Source: the human T2T-CHM13v2.0 reference genome, Homo sapiens. From it: 64,000 nucleotides of DNA. The stretch is from NCBI RefSeq assembly GCF_009914755.1, contig NC_060925.1; one strand, given 5' to 3'. Below the pieces are notes generated by a model. The model saw only the letters and a program-made list of their open reading frames with translations, had not been told where the DNA came from and ran no database searches. Shown one piece after another: positions 49,640 through 64,000 of this stretch. Within the stretch, counting starts at the first letter, position 1; the number at the start of each line of letters is the position of its first letter. Position numbers and translations under genes: made by a program.

Positions 49640-50520
49640 AGTGACATTTACATTACACAGGATCCATATGTTCTTCCTGGGAAAACTTATCCAGTCCCAA
49701 AGCTTCAGTGACTAACCATATGCAAACTCTCCAGCCCTAATCTTTCAGTTGAACTTCAGACCCCTATTTCCAATTAAAAACATCCACTTAGATGCTCCAT
49801 AGGTGAATTACGCTAAATGTATCCAAAACTAAATTCATCATCTTTTCCATTTTTTTGTATTTTCTTTTCTTTTTTTAAAGACAGGGTCTCACTCTTGCCT
49901 AAGCTAGAGTGCAGAGGCGTGATCATAGTTCACCGCAACCTCAAACTCCTGGCCTCAAGCGACCCTCCTGCCTCAGTAGCTAGGACTACAGGCATGTGCC
50001 ACTATGCCTGGTTAATTTTTTTTTTAAGAGATGGGGGGGGGGTCTTGCTTTGTTGTCCAGGCTGGTCTCGAACTCCTGGCCTCAAGCCACTCTCCTGCCT
50101 TGGCCACTCAAAGGTGTTGGGATTACATGTGTAAGCCACCACTCCCAGCCTCTTGTATTTTCTATCCACCCCGCTGGCAAAGTGAGAAACCTCCACATCA
50201 TCTCTGTGGCTTTAAATGTTTAACTCTTCCCTGCTCAATCAAATCGGATTGATTTACCTGTTAAAAAAGATTATCATTTGGTCCATTTCCTGCTATTCTC
50301 AATACCATCTCACTAGTTCAAGCTTAACTGAAGTTTTTGCCTTCACTTTCTCCCTTCAATCCATTCTAATCTACTAGTCTATAGCACCAGCAAGTATCTT
50401 TTGTTTTTTAGTATAATGGCTGTTATTGTCTGATTATAAAAATAATTAGATATCTTTCAGAACAGAGACCTTACCATACCATTGACCTGTTAAAAGCCTG
50501 TATTGGTTCCCCATTGTCTA
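49640..50520 (+). mobile_element. L2 remnant interrupted by an Alu
   Basis: Degenerate L2 motifs (ccagccctaatctttc...catccacttagatg...ccaaaactaaattcatcatc). Confidence 0.6.
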
Positions 50521-50730
50521 CAGCAAGGATTGGCAAAGCTTTCTGTAAAGAGCTAGATAGTAAACATTTTAGACTTATTGAGGCTACACAGTCTCCGTGG
50601 TAACTACTAACTCAGCAGCTGTGGCTTGAAAGCAGCCACAGACAATATGTAAATGAATGGGAGTAGCTGTGTTCTGAAAAAAGTTTATTTACCAAATAAG
50701 GAAGCACTCTAAATTTGACCTTTGGGCCTT
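50521..50730. mobile_element. MER58A-like hAT-Charlie element (a related fragment at about 48672-48830)
   Basis: ggcaaagctttctgtaaag...gcagccacagacaatatgtaaatgaatggg matches recalled MER58 consensus. Confidence 0.75.
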
Positions 50731-51320
50731 ACTTTTATTCCATCCTCCAAAAGTCTTATTGAAGTTCCCACCTCTTTCATAATAGTCTCTGATAGTCCCA
50801 TACACAAGGATTTCTCTTTTACAAACTAATAGCACTTACTGTACAATTCAAGTAGTTCTCAGTCATACAGGGCTTTAAATATCTCACATATCATTTTCTT
50901 AAAATGTTATTTGACTTTTTTCATGTCAATATATCTTCCTAGTTATACTTTAAATACTTTAAGATAGGGATCATGTGTTATGTATCTCTGAATGTCCAAT
51001 AATACCTACGAGATAATAAATGTTCACTGAGTGACGGCAAACTATTAAGTCCTATAGAGAACAGCAACATATATTAAAAATGGGGCTGGGGCTGGGCGCA
51101 GTGGCTCATGCCTGTAATCCCACCACTATGGAAGGCCGGGGTGGGCGGATCACTTGAGGTCAGGAGTTCGAGATCAGCCTGGCCATAATGGTGAAACCCC
51201 GTCTCTACTGAAAATACAAAAAATTAGGCCGGGCGCGGTGACTCATGCCTGTAATCCCAGCACTTTGGGAGGCCGAGGCAGGTGGATCACGAGGTCAGGA
51301 GATAGAGACCAGCCTGGCTA

Positions 51321-51715
<395 letters not shown>

Positions 51716-52169
51716 TCACACCTGTAATCCTTGCACTTTGGAAGGCCAAGACAGGAGGATCACTTGAGGCCAGGAGTTTGGGACCAGCCTGGGCAACACA
51801 GTGAGACCCTGTCTCTACAAAAATAATAAATTAACTGTGTGGGGTGGTGCATATCTGTAGTCCTGGCTACTTGGGAGGCCAAGGCGGGAGAACTGCTTGA
51901 GTCCTAGGAGTTTGAGGCTGCAGTGAGCTATGATCATGCCATTGCCCTCCAGTCTGGGCAACAGAGCAAGACTCAGTCTCAAAAAAAGAAAAAATAAAGG
52001 AGAAAAATAGGAAAATGGTTACATAATATACTAAAAAAGAGTTTTCAATCTTTTAGTAACAGATTGACAAACCAAAATATGACACTAGAGATAAAGTTAC
52101 TATAAAGGCCATTTAAAAATCATATGTATAACTATAACAAAAAAGTTAACGTTAATTAAATATTAAATA

Positions 52170-52520
52170 TATGCCAAGCACTGGAGTAAACACTATCTCA
52201 TTTAATCCTGACAATAAAGACTATACTTTCAGTGATCATGTCTATAGTTCATTACAAGGGAAGTTTCTCTGAACTTGTAGAGCACTGTAACAAATGCTCA
52301 AAATGTTACCTATTACTGTTTTCAGTTTTACATGTGTTTTTATAATTAGTATAATAAATACAGAATGCATTTCATCATTTTTTTCCTCAAATTTTCCAGT
52401 TAAAAACATTTTTCAATAATTCTGATAATAACCTTCGAGGTGGATACTAACATCATCCTATGAGGAAACAAACATAGATGTTAAATAAGTGACTATTAAG
52501 TGAAGCAAGATTCAACCTAG
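52170..52520 (-). mobile_element. MIR remnant split by the U3-containing insertion
   Basis: atctcatttaatcctgacaata before the insert, accttcgaggtgg...atgaggaaac after it. Confidence 0.65.
52217..52287 (+). pseudogene. U3 snoRNA retrocopy, 5' 71 nt only
   Basis: aagactatactttcagtgatcatgtctatagttcattacaagggaagtttctctgaacttgtagagcactg aligns without gaps to U3 nt 1-71 (AAGACTATACTTTCAGGGATCATTTCTATAG...AAGTTTCTCTGAACGTGTAGAGCACCG). Confidence 0.92.
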
Positions 52521-52977
52521 TTATAGAAATATTTTTAAAATATGTATTTCTGGCTGGGTGCAGTGGCTTATGCCTGTAATCCCAGCACTTTGGGAGGCCG
52601 AGGCAGGCAGATCACCTGAGGTCAGGAGTTTGACACCAGCCTGGCCAACATGGAGAAACCCCACCTCTACTAAAAATACAAAAATTAGCCAGGTGTGGTA
52701 GTGGGCACCTGTAATCCCAGCTACTCAGGAGGCTGAGCCAGGAGAATTACTTGAACCGGGGAGGCAGAGGTTGCAGTGAGTGAGCTGAGATCTTGCCACT
52801 GCACTGCAGCCTGGGAAACAGAGCAACATCTGTCTCCAAAAAAAAAAGTATTTCTTGACTGAATGTGAGTAATATTTTTAAATAGCCATGTTGGGCTCTT
52901 TTTTTAAAGTGTGTTAATTACTTAAATTTAGACAGTAGTGTTGTAGGGGTAATAAGAATATCTGGAGAGTCGTTTAC

Positions 52978-53133
52978 CTTAATTTCTCCATATCGAAAGG
53001 GATTTTGTACATCTCGGGCCAAAACAGTACTATTCCCCCTGACCTGACCTGCAGTCACCACTCCTTTCGTGGTTACTATGACCACTGTTTCATTAGAAGA
53101 AGTCCAGGTAAAGTTGCCACTGCCACCCTCTAC
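52978..53133 (-). CDS. NUP210L: NUP210L exon D (156 nt, phase 0-0): VEGGSGNFTWTSSNETVVIVTTKGVVTAGQVRGNSTVLARDVQNPFRYGEIK
   Basis: ttttcacag| acceptor, AAG|gtaaac donor; GGSGNFxWxSS Ig-like (Big_2-type) motif typical of gp210. Confidence 0.95.
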
Positions 53134-53923
53134 CTGTGAAAACACACATTACATTTAATTACAATCGGAAGAAAATAAAATTTAAGTGAAAATGTAAAAC
53201 TTGACTGGTGAAATAAAGTTTACAAAATAGTAACATAATATAATAAATTATTTTTGGACACATTAGAAACTGTGACACTAGGCTGGGCATGGTGCCTTAC
53301 ACCTGTAATCCCAGCACTTTGGAAGGCCAAGGTGGGTGGATTACCTGACGTCAGAAGTTCGAGACCAGCCTGGCCAACATGGTGAAACCCTGTCTCTACT
53401 AAAAATACAAAATTAGCTGGGAGTGGTGGCACACGCCTGTAATCCCAGCTACTCCGGAGGCTGAGGCAGGAGAATCGCTTCAACCTGGGAGACAGAGGTT
53501 GCAGTGAGCCGAGATTGCACCATTACACTCCAGCCTGGGCAACAAGAGCAAAACTCTGTCTCAGAAAAAAAAAGAAAGAAAGAAAGAAAAGAAACTGTGA
53601 CACTATAGTAAAGTACCTTAACAGGCAAGAGAAATACTAAAGGGAGGCAAAGTAATGGTAGTGTCACAAAATGTCAAAAAAAGACACAACAGAACTTTAT
53701 AAAACTCACAAGGAAAGGATATTGGGAAGAGAGACAGAAAGCATCTGTAACCAAGTCTTGTTATAGATGACATTTTTCAAGAGTATAATTTTGGTTGTCA
53801 CCAAAACCCAAGTTATACTTTTAGGATTGGGAGGAAATAAATGTAACATTAATCAAATTTCAATAAATTAAGCTATTAGAGAAACCGGCTTATCTCCTTG
53901 TGAAGCCTTATAGGACACCATAC

Positions 53924-54061
53924 CTGTACTTTATAACGATATAACATTCCCATAGGATGATGAGGAAATGCCAGAAATTTGGGTGTAAGCATGATGGGAA
54001 AATAAATCTTCACTTCTTGTTGGTGTTTGATTAGAAATTTTATAGGCTGAATATCTTTATT
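53924..54061 (-). CDS. NUP210L: NUP210L exon C (138 nt, phase 0-0): NKDIQPIKFLIKHQQEVKIYFPIMLTPKFLAFPHHPMGMLYRYKVQ
   Basis: ctcttatag| acceptor, CAG|gtatgg donor; 46 open codons; not in the ORF track, translated by hand. Confidence 0.92.
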
Positions 54062-54504
54062 CTATAAGAGCAGGAAAAAAGGAGCAAAATATATTTATAA
54101 GGACTATTCTTATAATACACATTCATATACTCAAAACATCAGCAAAATGGTATGCTCATAAATTACTCAACCAGTTTCTATCTATAAAAGAAATAAATAA
54201 ATATTTCTCTTCATTAAATAAGCATAGTTGCTATGGTTCAATAATAATGAAAATGAAATAATAATGAAAAGGGTTTTGCTAGACCTAAACTAATTATCAG
54301 AATCAGGGAAAATAGCTTAAAATTCCCTGAAATAAAAGAGGTTTTTTAAAAAATCAACATAGTAAGGGAAACCATACTTTCAGAAGAAAGACCCCTGGAC
54401 ATCCATAAACTGTAAAGGGAAAGGGATACTATAAGCTATTCAGAAGAAAATGAGAACATTTAAAGGTGCTAAGGTAAGAAATTTGCCTCATACTTAAAAA
54501 CAAG

Positions 54505-54999
<495 letters not shown>

Positions 55000-55002
55000 T
55001 TA

Positions 55003-55899
55003 TCCATGGTGTATATGTGCCACATTTTCTTAATCCAGTCTATCACTAATGGACATTTGGGTTGGTTCCAAGTCTTTGCTATTGTGAATAGTGCTGCAAT
55101 AAACATACGTGTGCATGTGTCTTTATAGCAGCATGACTTATAATCCTTTGGGTATATACCCAGTAATGGGATGGCTGGGTCAAATGGTATTTCTAGTTCT
55201 AGATCCTTGAGGAATCGCCACGCTGACTTCCACAATGGTTGAACTAGTTTACAGTCCCACCAACAGTGTAAAAGTGTTCCTATTTCTCCACATCCTCTCC
55301 AGCACCTGTTGTTTCCTGACTTTTTAATGATTGCCATTCTAACTGGTGTGAGATGATATCTCATTGTGGTTTTGATTTGCATTTCTCTGATGGCCAGTGA
55401 TGAGGAGCATTTTTTCATGTGTCTGTTGGCTGCATAAATGTCTTCTTTTGAGAAGTGTCTGTTCACATCCTTCACCCACTTTTTGATGGGGTTGTTTTCT
55501 TCTTGTAAATTTGTTTGAGTTCTTTGTAGATTCTGGATACTATGCAGCCATAAAAAAGGGTGAGTTCATGTCCTTTGTAGGGACATGGATGAAGCTGGAA
55601 ACCATCATTCTCAGCAAACTATCACAAGGACAAAAAACCAAACACCGTATGCTCTCACTCATAGGTGGGAATTGAACAATGAGAACACTTGGACACAGAA
55701 AGGGGAACATCACACCCCGGAGCCTGTCATGGGGTTGGGGGAGGGGGGAAGGATAGCATTAGGAGATATACCTAACGTAAATGATAAGTTAATGGGTGCA
55801 GCACACCAACATGGCACATGTATACATATGTAACAAACCTGCACATTGTGCACATGTACCCTAGAACTTAAAGTATAATAATTAAAAAAAAAAAAAAAA
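55003..55899 (+). mobile_element. L1PA (about L1PA4-6) with twin-priming 5' inversion (minus 55003-55538, plus 55537-55899)
   Basis: ORF2 C-terminus on minus (ORF 54894-55475); 3' UTR and poly(A) on plus; TSD agaa[g/a]tgcattatcca at 54991-55006 and 55900-55915. Confidence 0.93.
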
Positions 55900-55982
55900 A
55901 GAAATGCATTATCCAAGGTGGCCAGATCATGAGGTCAGGAGTTTGAGAACAGCCTGGCCAACATGGTGAAACCCCGTCTCTA

Positions 55983-56228
<246 letters not shown>

Positions 56229-56631
56229 TCACATGATTGCAGACAAGGTATAATAATCTGGTAGTGAGATCTTCTTCAAGGATAGTCAGAGAAACTTTTA
56301 GATCTCTTATGGGGATCTCATGCTGGGAATTTAAAGCCCTGATGTAACCATTTTCTTTCCCCACACTATCCAGCACATTTAGCAACAATGATCAATCATA
56401 TTAAATCCCTTACTGTCACTGTAATGTTTTAGGGGAGCAACCAGTTGGTTACCTAAAGCTTTGCCTTCTCTATGCACTTGACTGGAGTGTGTCTACAGGT
56501 AATAATTTAAACAGCTGTTTTGCTATTGCATGCCATGGAATAGCAGTGCTCACTTTATTACTGGAAACAGGTTCATTAAATCATTTAAGTCTAATATCAG
56601 GGAACCCAGAACGAATTTGGAGCACCTATCT

Positions 56632-56763
56632 ATGATAACTAGACTAAAAGATGGCCCCCAAAGATTTCTGACTCCTGGTATTCACCCCCTTCTGTAGTCC
56701 CCATTATGTAGTATACATTGTCTTAGGATTGGTCTGAATAACCAATAGAATATGGCAGAAGTG
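56632..56763 (+). mobile_element. MLT1-like (MaLR) LTR fragment followed by old L1M ORF2 remnants to about 58400
   Basis: aagatggcccccaaagatt...accaatagaatatggcagaagtg; L1-like aaatggacaaattcctt at about 57440. Confidence 0.55.
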
Positions 56764-56772
56764 CTTATATTA

Positions 56773-57114
<342 letters not shown>

Positions 57115-57795
57115 TCAAAAAAAAAAAGAAAAAGAAACTTTAAAAAGAAAAGCAAATTAAATCCAAACGAAGCAAAAGAAAGAGAATAATACAAAAGCAT
57201 AAATGAATGAAATAGAAAACAGACAAATAGAGAAAAGTCAATGAAACCAACAGTTGCTCTTTGAAAAACTCAATAACATTTATAAACCTCTAGCCAGACT
57301 CAGAAAGAAAACAAGAGAGACATAAATGACCAATATCAGGAATTAATAAGGGGACATCACTACAGATTTTATAGACAACAAAAGACTAGTAAAACAATAT
57401 TTTGAACAACTTTATGTGATAAATTCAACCACTTAGATAAAATGGACAAATTCCTTCAAAGATACAAACTACCAAATAACATGAATGGCTGTATATATAT
57501 TTTTAAAATTGAATTCATAGTTTAAAAACTTCCCATACACTGATCATTAGGAAAAGGAAAATGAAAACCATAGTTAGATACTACTTATTACCCATTAGGA
57601 TGGCTATTATTTAAAAACAAAACAGGCCCAGCGCGGTGGCTCACGCCTGTAATCCCAGCACTTTGGGAGGCCAAGGCAGGCAGATCATGAGGTCAGGAGA
57701 TCAAGACCATCCTGGCTAACACAGCGAAACCCCGTTTCTACTAAAAATACAAAAAATTAGCCGGGCATGGTGGCAGGCGCCTGTAGTCCTAGCTA

Positions 57796-57996
<201 letters not shown>

Positions 57997-58415
57997 CTAC
58001 TGTAGAAAACAGTATGGCAGTTCCAGGGCCAGGTGCAGTGGCTCACACCTCTAATCCCAGCACCTTGGGAGGCTGAGGTGGGTGGAGCACCTGAGTTCAG
58101 GAGTTTGAGACCAGCCAGGGCAACATGGTGAAACTCATCTCTACAAAAAAATTAGCTGGGAGTGGTGGAATGCACCTGTAGTCCCAGCTACTCAGGAGGC
58201 TGAGGTAGGAGGATCACTTGGGCCCAGGAGGTCAAGGCTGCAGTAAACCATGATGGTGCCACTGCAATCCACCCTGGGTAACAGAGTGAGACCCTGTCTC
58301 AAAAAAAAAAAAAAAAAAATCCACAAAAAACTACTAGAGCTAATAAATTAATTCAGCGAAGTTGCCATATACAACATCAACACTCCAATGTCAGTTGTAT
58401 TTCTTTTCTTTTTGA

Positions 58416-58670
<255 letters not shown>

Positions 58671-58824
58671 TAGGCGTGAGCCAACTCGCCCATCTGGATT
58701 TGCATTTTCTTAATGACTAATCATGCTGAACATCTTTTAATGTGCTATTAGCCATATGTACATTTTCTTTGTCCTATATACTATTTTTGCAACTTCTGGT
58801 AAATCTATAATAATTTCAAAATTA

Positions 58825-59289
<465 letters not shown>

Positions 59290-59327
59290 TAGCCGGGCGT
59301 GGTGGCACACGCCTGTAGTCCTAGCTA

Positions 59328-59435
<108 letters not shown>

Positions 59436-60273
59436 TCAAAAAGAAAAAAAAAAAAAAAAGAGAGAGAGAGAGCACAACGGGGATGGTAAAAAAAAAAAAG
59501 ATTTGACTGGCATTTAGAATTGACATGGCACTTAATAATGTATTGAATACAGAAGCTGAGGGAGAAGGCAGAGTCAAGGGTGACTTCGGATTTTGTCTAA
59601 ACTGAGTGAAAGGAGCATTGGAGAAAAAGTAGGTTTGGGAGAGGAAAGCAGGTTTGGCAGGCTAGTAAAAATCAGGATACTTATGTATTTTGGAGGCATT
59701 AGAAACAGATTCATTCCTTATCCCTTTACTCAATAACTCCATTTCTGTTGTTACACAGTATGGAAATAATCCAAAAGAAAAAAAATGTACAAAGATACTC
59801 AGTTATGCCATTTACAACAGTAAAAAAAATGGAAATAATGGAAACATTCAATGTTTGGGGCATGGGTAAATAAATTGGCATATGAAACCTTTGGATTTTT
59901 AGAATTAATAGTACTCTATGCACCTGGTAGTGGTGGCTCACACCTGTAATCTCAACATTTTGGGACGCCAAGGCAGGAGGAACACTTGAGCCTAGGAGTT
60001 TGAGACCATTGTGGGCAACATAGCAAGAACCTGTCTCTACAAAAAATATAAAAATTAGCTGGGTGTGGTGGCACACGCCTGTAGTCCCAGCTACTTGGAA
60101 GGCTAAGGCAGGAGGATCACTTGAGCCCAGGAGGTCGAGGCTGCAGGTAAGCTATGATGATGCCATTGCACTCCAGCCTGGGTGACAGAGTGAGACTTGT
60201 CTCCAAAAAAAGAAAAATAAAGTACGCTCTGTGGACCTGATGACACATGGAAATGTGCATATGAAATACATCA

Positions 60274-61292
<1,019 letters not shown>

Positions 61293-61547
61293 GAGAAATG
61301 TTTTTAATGAAACCTGAAACCCCAAATGATATATACACAATGACCGCAAATGCAGATATTTTAATGTACAATAACATAGATTAGAACAGAAAATTTGTAG
61401 AGGTATACACTTACGAATTTGCTGTTTATCTGTTTATTTTTCTGAAAGATAAAGGTGGTATATGCTATATATCTGCTTGCAAATCAACAAGTCAGCCAAG
61501 CCTCTTCAGTGTTCTTAGAATACAAACACTGTCTGTTTAATTCCTAC

Positions 61548-61688
61548 CTGGTAAATGATGGAGGTCAGGGATGCATTTATTACCACAACACCATCTTTCA
61601 GGGCTTTTACTATATGGTAAGATCCATTCACGGTAGTTAGTTGCTCTTCAAAGTACTCCTTAGGAAAGTCGTATGTAATCCTGAGATT
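61548..61688 (-). CDS. NUP210L: NUP210L exon B (141 nt, phase 0-0): NLRITYDFPKEYFEEQLTTVNGSYHIVKALKDGVVVINASLTSIIYQ
   Basis: gattttcag| acceptor, CAG|gtagga donor; lies in ORF 61515-61715; sequons NGS and NAS. Confidence 0.94.
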
Positions 61689-62511
61689 CTGAAAATCAGC
61701 CCCACAGTAACACAAACCTGAAGATATGTTCTTTCCCTGAAGTCATCTTAATCCCAAAGCATCTATAAAACTGTAGCTATGCATTCATGGAATAAAGAGA
61801 TAAAAACAAAACTTTTGCTCTCCCTCATAGAAATTAAAAGTTGGGGAGATATAATTTTAAAATGGGACTAGTTTTTGAAAGATCTATCAATGGCAAACAT
61901 CAGGAATAGCAAGAGTCAAAGCTTATGCAAATTTTAGTGTAATTTTTACCATTTTATAAATTGACAGTTCTCAGGATGAAATAAGGACCCTAGAGAGTGA
62001 GTACAATACTTCACATCTGATATTCATATTACTACTCTCACCACTACAAAACTCTGGTAACCATCTAGGATGTGAAGTTGTAGAATGAGGACACCTTCCA
62101 AAGTGTTATCACTGGTACTCATTTCACCTCTTTTCTATAATTCTGACCAAATTATATCTTTTACTTCTGATTTAGCATTCCTCAAGAACAGAACTAGCTG
62201 GGCATGGTTGCTTATGCCTTTAATCCCAGCTGAGGCAGGAGGATTGCTTGAGCCCAGGAGTTGGAGGCTGCAGTGAGCTATGATCACACCACTGTACTCC
62301 AGTCTGGGTGACAGAGCGAGACTGTGTCTCTTTAAAAAAAAAAAAAAAAGAAGAAAAAGAAGAAGAAGAAGAAGAGAATTAATGATAATAATAAATTAGC
62401 AACTTGCTTTTCCGAAGGTAAAAATCTAGAATCAAAGAAAGAAAGAGGGCTTTCTAGCCAGGAAGATGGTCCACTTTACATCTTATGTATCTTATCCCTA
62501 CAAGGAGCTCA

Positions 62512-62679
<168 letters not shown>

Positions 62680-62905
62680 CTAACATTTTTCTACAACGAA
62701 TTTAAAAATACAACCTTTATAAAGCTGTTCAAACAGCAAAATTTACTAATAGATGGAGATGGTTTCCAAAGTAGGTTCTTTTTTTTTTTTTTTTTTTTGA
62801 GAGTCTTGCTTTGTCACCCAGGCTGGAGTGCAGTGATGATTTCGGCTCACTGCAACCTCTGCCTCCTGGGTTCAACTGATTATTGTGCCTCAGCCTCCCA
62901 AGTAA

Positions 62906-63106
<201 letters not shown>

Positions 63107-64000
63107 TGAAACAGGGTCTCACTGTCACAGATGCTGGAGTGCAGTGGTGTCATCATGACTCACTGCAGCCTCGACCTCCTGGGCTCAGGTGATCCTTCTA
63201 CCTTAGTCTTCTGAGTAGCTGGGACTACAGGCTTAGAACACTGCGCCTGGCTAATTCTTCCATTTATAGTAGAGACAGGGTTTCATCATGTTGCCCACAC
63301 TGGTCTCGAACTCCTCAGCTCAAGGGATGTACCAGCCTCAGCCTCCCAAAGTGCTGGAATTAGACATGAACCACTGCACCCAGCTCTCCAAAGTAGATCT
63401 TTTAGTTCCTTCTCTCAAATTGTATAAGGCTTGGCCTGGTGGCTCATGCCTATAATCCTAGCACTTTGGGAGGCCAAGGAGGGAGAATTGCTTGAGCCCA
63501 GGAGTTTGAGACCAGCCTGGGCAACATGGCAAGATCCCATCTCTACAAAAAAATTAAAAATTAGCTGAACGTGGTGGCTCGCGGCTATAGTTCCATTACT
63601 CAGGAGACTGAGGTGGAAGGATCATTTGACCCCAGGAATTGGAGGCTACAGTGGGCTGTAGCCCATTGCATTCCAGCCTGGGCAACAGAGCCAGACACTG
63701 ATTCAGACCAAAAAGAAAAAATTGTATAATAATTTAGGGTTCCAAAAATCCTGGTTTAATTTAGCTCATCTCAGGTATAAAGAAACACTTTAGGCTGGGC
63801 ATGGCGGTTCACACCTCTAATTCTGGCACTTTGGGAGGCCGAGGAGAGCAAATCGCTTGAGCTCAGGAGTTTGAGACCAGCCTGGGCAATGTGGCAAAAT
63901 CCCATCTTTACAGAAAACAAAAATTAGCCAGGCATGGTGGCGCACCTGTAGTCCCAGCTACTTGGAAGGCTAAGGTGTGAAGATTGCTTGAGCCTGAGAG

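Overview
Primate (almost certainly human) repeat-dense intronic DNA from the middle of NUP210L, the testis-enriched paralogue of the pore-membrane glycoprotein NUP210/gp210, on the minus strand. Nine internal coding exons (62536-62642 down to 5524-5716) have canonical AG/GT ends and join in one frame: 1476 nt, about 492 codons of the lumenal Ig-like region. The introns hold a near-perfect hairpin that I recognise as MIR5698 (39776-39847, minus) inside an L1 5' UTR, an RPS7 processed pseudogene, a 5' U3 snoRNA retrocopy, several L1 copies (two with twin-priming inversions), solo LTRs (LTR12, MER52, MER21), roughly 100 Alu/FLAM copies or fragments, and old L2/MIR/DNA-transposon remnants. Nearly all other ORFs in the track are repeat artefacts. 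I see no novel protein-coding system. The most interesting signals are retrotransposition and template-switch products (fold-back miRNA hairpin, U3 fused to unknown sequence, tail-less Alu fused to an L1 3' end, a 27-nt orphan insertion) and candidate regulatory elements in gene-sense orientation. Gene names and repeat subfamilies come from recall, not from a database search.
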